A DNA stretch of 64,000 bases from Fimbriosthenelais zetlandica. Taxonomy: Eukaryota. Below the pieces are notes generated by a model. The model saw only the letters and a program-made list of their open reading frames with translations. It did not search any database and was not told the DNA's origin. The position numbers were made by a program, and so were the translations under genes. Below, piece after piece: positions 62,711 to 64,000 of this stretch (the first letter of the stretch is position 1; every line of letters starts with the position of its first letter). The stretch spans positions 7,378,001-7,442,000 of the forward strand of contig OZ365115.1 of the NCBI GenBank assembly GCA_977030845.1, written 5' to 3'.

Positions 62711-63288
62711 GTAAGTAAGTGTTGAATAATAATGTGTATATGTTTGTTATCTAGCTTTCCTAAAAATTTGATGTGATTCTGTCGCTGCCATCAAGAGATA
62801 CAACCTGGGCAATGTTGGGTAGTCTGTTCTGCCGTGTCAATGCCTCGTCTGGCCGCCATCTTGGTCTAACCCGGGCTAGGCCTGGCTGGAGAGGAACCGA
62901 CATTATCCAGCTTAATCGGCCTTTATTCTCGTTGTCAGCCATTATAACTGGGCAATATTTATATATGATACAATTAACTTGGGGGATACGCAAATATTTC
63001 TGATGGATGGCATGTTTTTGATGGAAAATAATCACTCCAAATATGGTGACCCTTCTCCCCATTTTAATAGTATTGGTTGCTACCAAGCAGGCTTGGCCTT
63101 GGGTAGCAACAATATTATGGAAATAGCAGGGGAATAGAAGCTACCAAATAATTTATTACGACTTAAGTTGAACATTCGAAATCAATATCATAGATCATGA
63201 ATATTTTTCTCATACACAGTAGATCGAATATTGGCATTTTTTTGTTATATAGACTTACAAGAAATCCCTTTCCATTCTGTCCAAACAG

Positions 63289-63427
63289 ATCGTACCTCCA
63301 GTCTGGGGGCACCAGGACTCGGGAGAAAATCGCAAGACAACACTACACTGAGCCTGAGGAAGACATTTTTCGGAGGAAATTGTCAATTGATATGTTTGAT
63401 CCACTGTGACTCTAAAAGTATTAAAAG
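63289..63427 (+). CDS. Candidate second exon of the same gene
   Basis: Acceptor ccctttccattctgtccaaacag| with a branch-like CTTAC about 30 nt upstream. Donor AAG|GTATCA. Open in two frames; no family recognised. Confidence 0.3.
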
Positions 63428-63702
63428 GTATCATCAGCGCTTCAGGATCGGAAAGACCTGCTCATAGATCGGATAAAAATCAGTCATAACTCGCATTAAC
63501 TGAGAACAGACTCTTATTAGTTTTTACCAACTTCTCCTGTCGTTATGCTAATTTAAGATTATTTATGGTGTTATTTTTTTGCATGTCCCCCTGTCAAATT
63601 CCGCATATTTCAGTTACGTTAAATAAATAACTACCAACTTAATTGAAAACATTTTTTTTTTTGTTATTTAACCTTTCTTTACTATAACTATATTAGCCTC
63701 AT

Positions 63703-64000
63703 CTAATTAGGTCAAGACTGGTCAAATGGTCAGTGGTCACTTATGGGTATATCATATCTTCAGTATGGGGAAGCTTCACTACAACATCGTTGATAGGAAG
63801 GTTCTATTTTAATGAGTTTTATCCTTAATGAACCATATTGACCTAATTAGGTCAACTATTTAGGTCAGTGGTCACTTATGGGTATATCATAGGCCCTATC
63901 TTTACTATGGGGAAGCTTCACTACAGAATCGTTGATAGGAAAGTTATATTTTAATGAGTTTTATCCTTAATTAACAATATTGACCTAATTAGGTCAACTA
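63703..64000. repeat. 140-142-bp satellite-like tandem repeat running off the window end
   Basis: Units start at 63703, 63843 and 63985. Junctions carry the perfect palindrome TTGACCTAATTAGGTCAA (63838, 63980). Confidence 0.9.

Noticed and set aside
63253-63427. Kinesin-like FGGNC motif in the candidate second exon
   Set aside because: The flanking kinesin residues (PYRDSKLT..L, T.MI) are not conserved in register, so it is probably coincidental.
1-64000. Prokaryotic operon, phage, Polinton/endogenous virus or RAG-like transposon
   Set aside because: No long ORFs, no such domains recognised, and the only solid gene is spliced with GT-AG introns.

Overview
This is intron-rich animal genomic DNA, not a prokaryotic or phage window, and most ORF-track entries are chance or antisense frames. 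One gene is well supported: a minus-strand spliced gene encoding a signal peptide, a Reeler domain and a Thr/Ser/Pro-rich linker. Its exons (41813-42044, 762-993, 143-477) have GT-AG ends and matching phases. The first two are separated by a 40,819-bp intron, and the gene probably continues off the left edge. The rest is mainly heavily decayed retroelement fragments (CR1/L2-like LINE, Ty3/gypsy, Penelope-like), small MITE-like inverted repeats, minisatellites, a recent 1.24-kb tandem duplication and several motif-dense regulatory islands. A CpG-rich promoter near 62.5 kb has a candidate plus-strand gene start. Recurrent GTAGGCCTAC-type words suggest an echinoderm-like invertebrate (inference only). 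I cannot demonstrate a new biological system. The best leads are recursive-splice-site/microexon architectures in the long intron, a possible nested antisense gene, RFX X-box plus ATCAAT (Onecut/Pbx-like) motif clusters around the Reeler gene, and a satellite built on an everted nuclear-receptor palindrome. All protein similarities were judged by eye from remembered family motifs; no database search was run.
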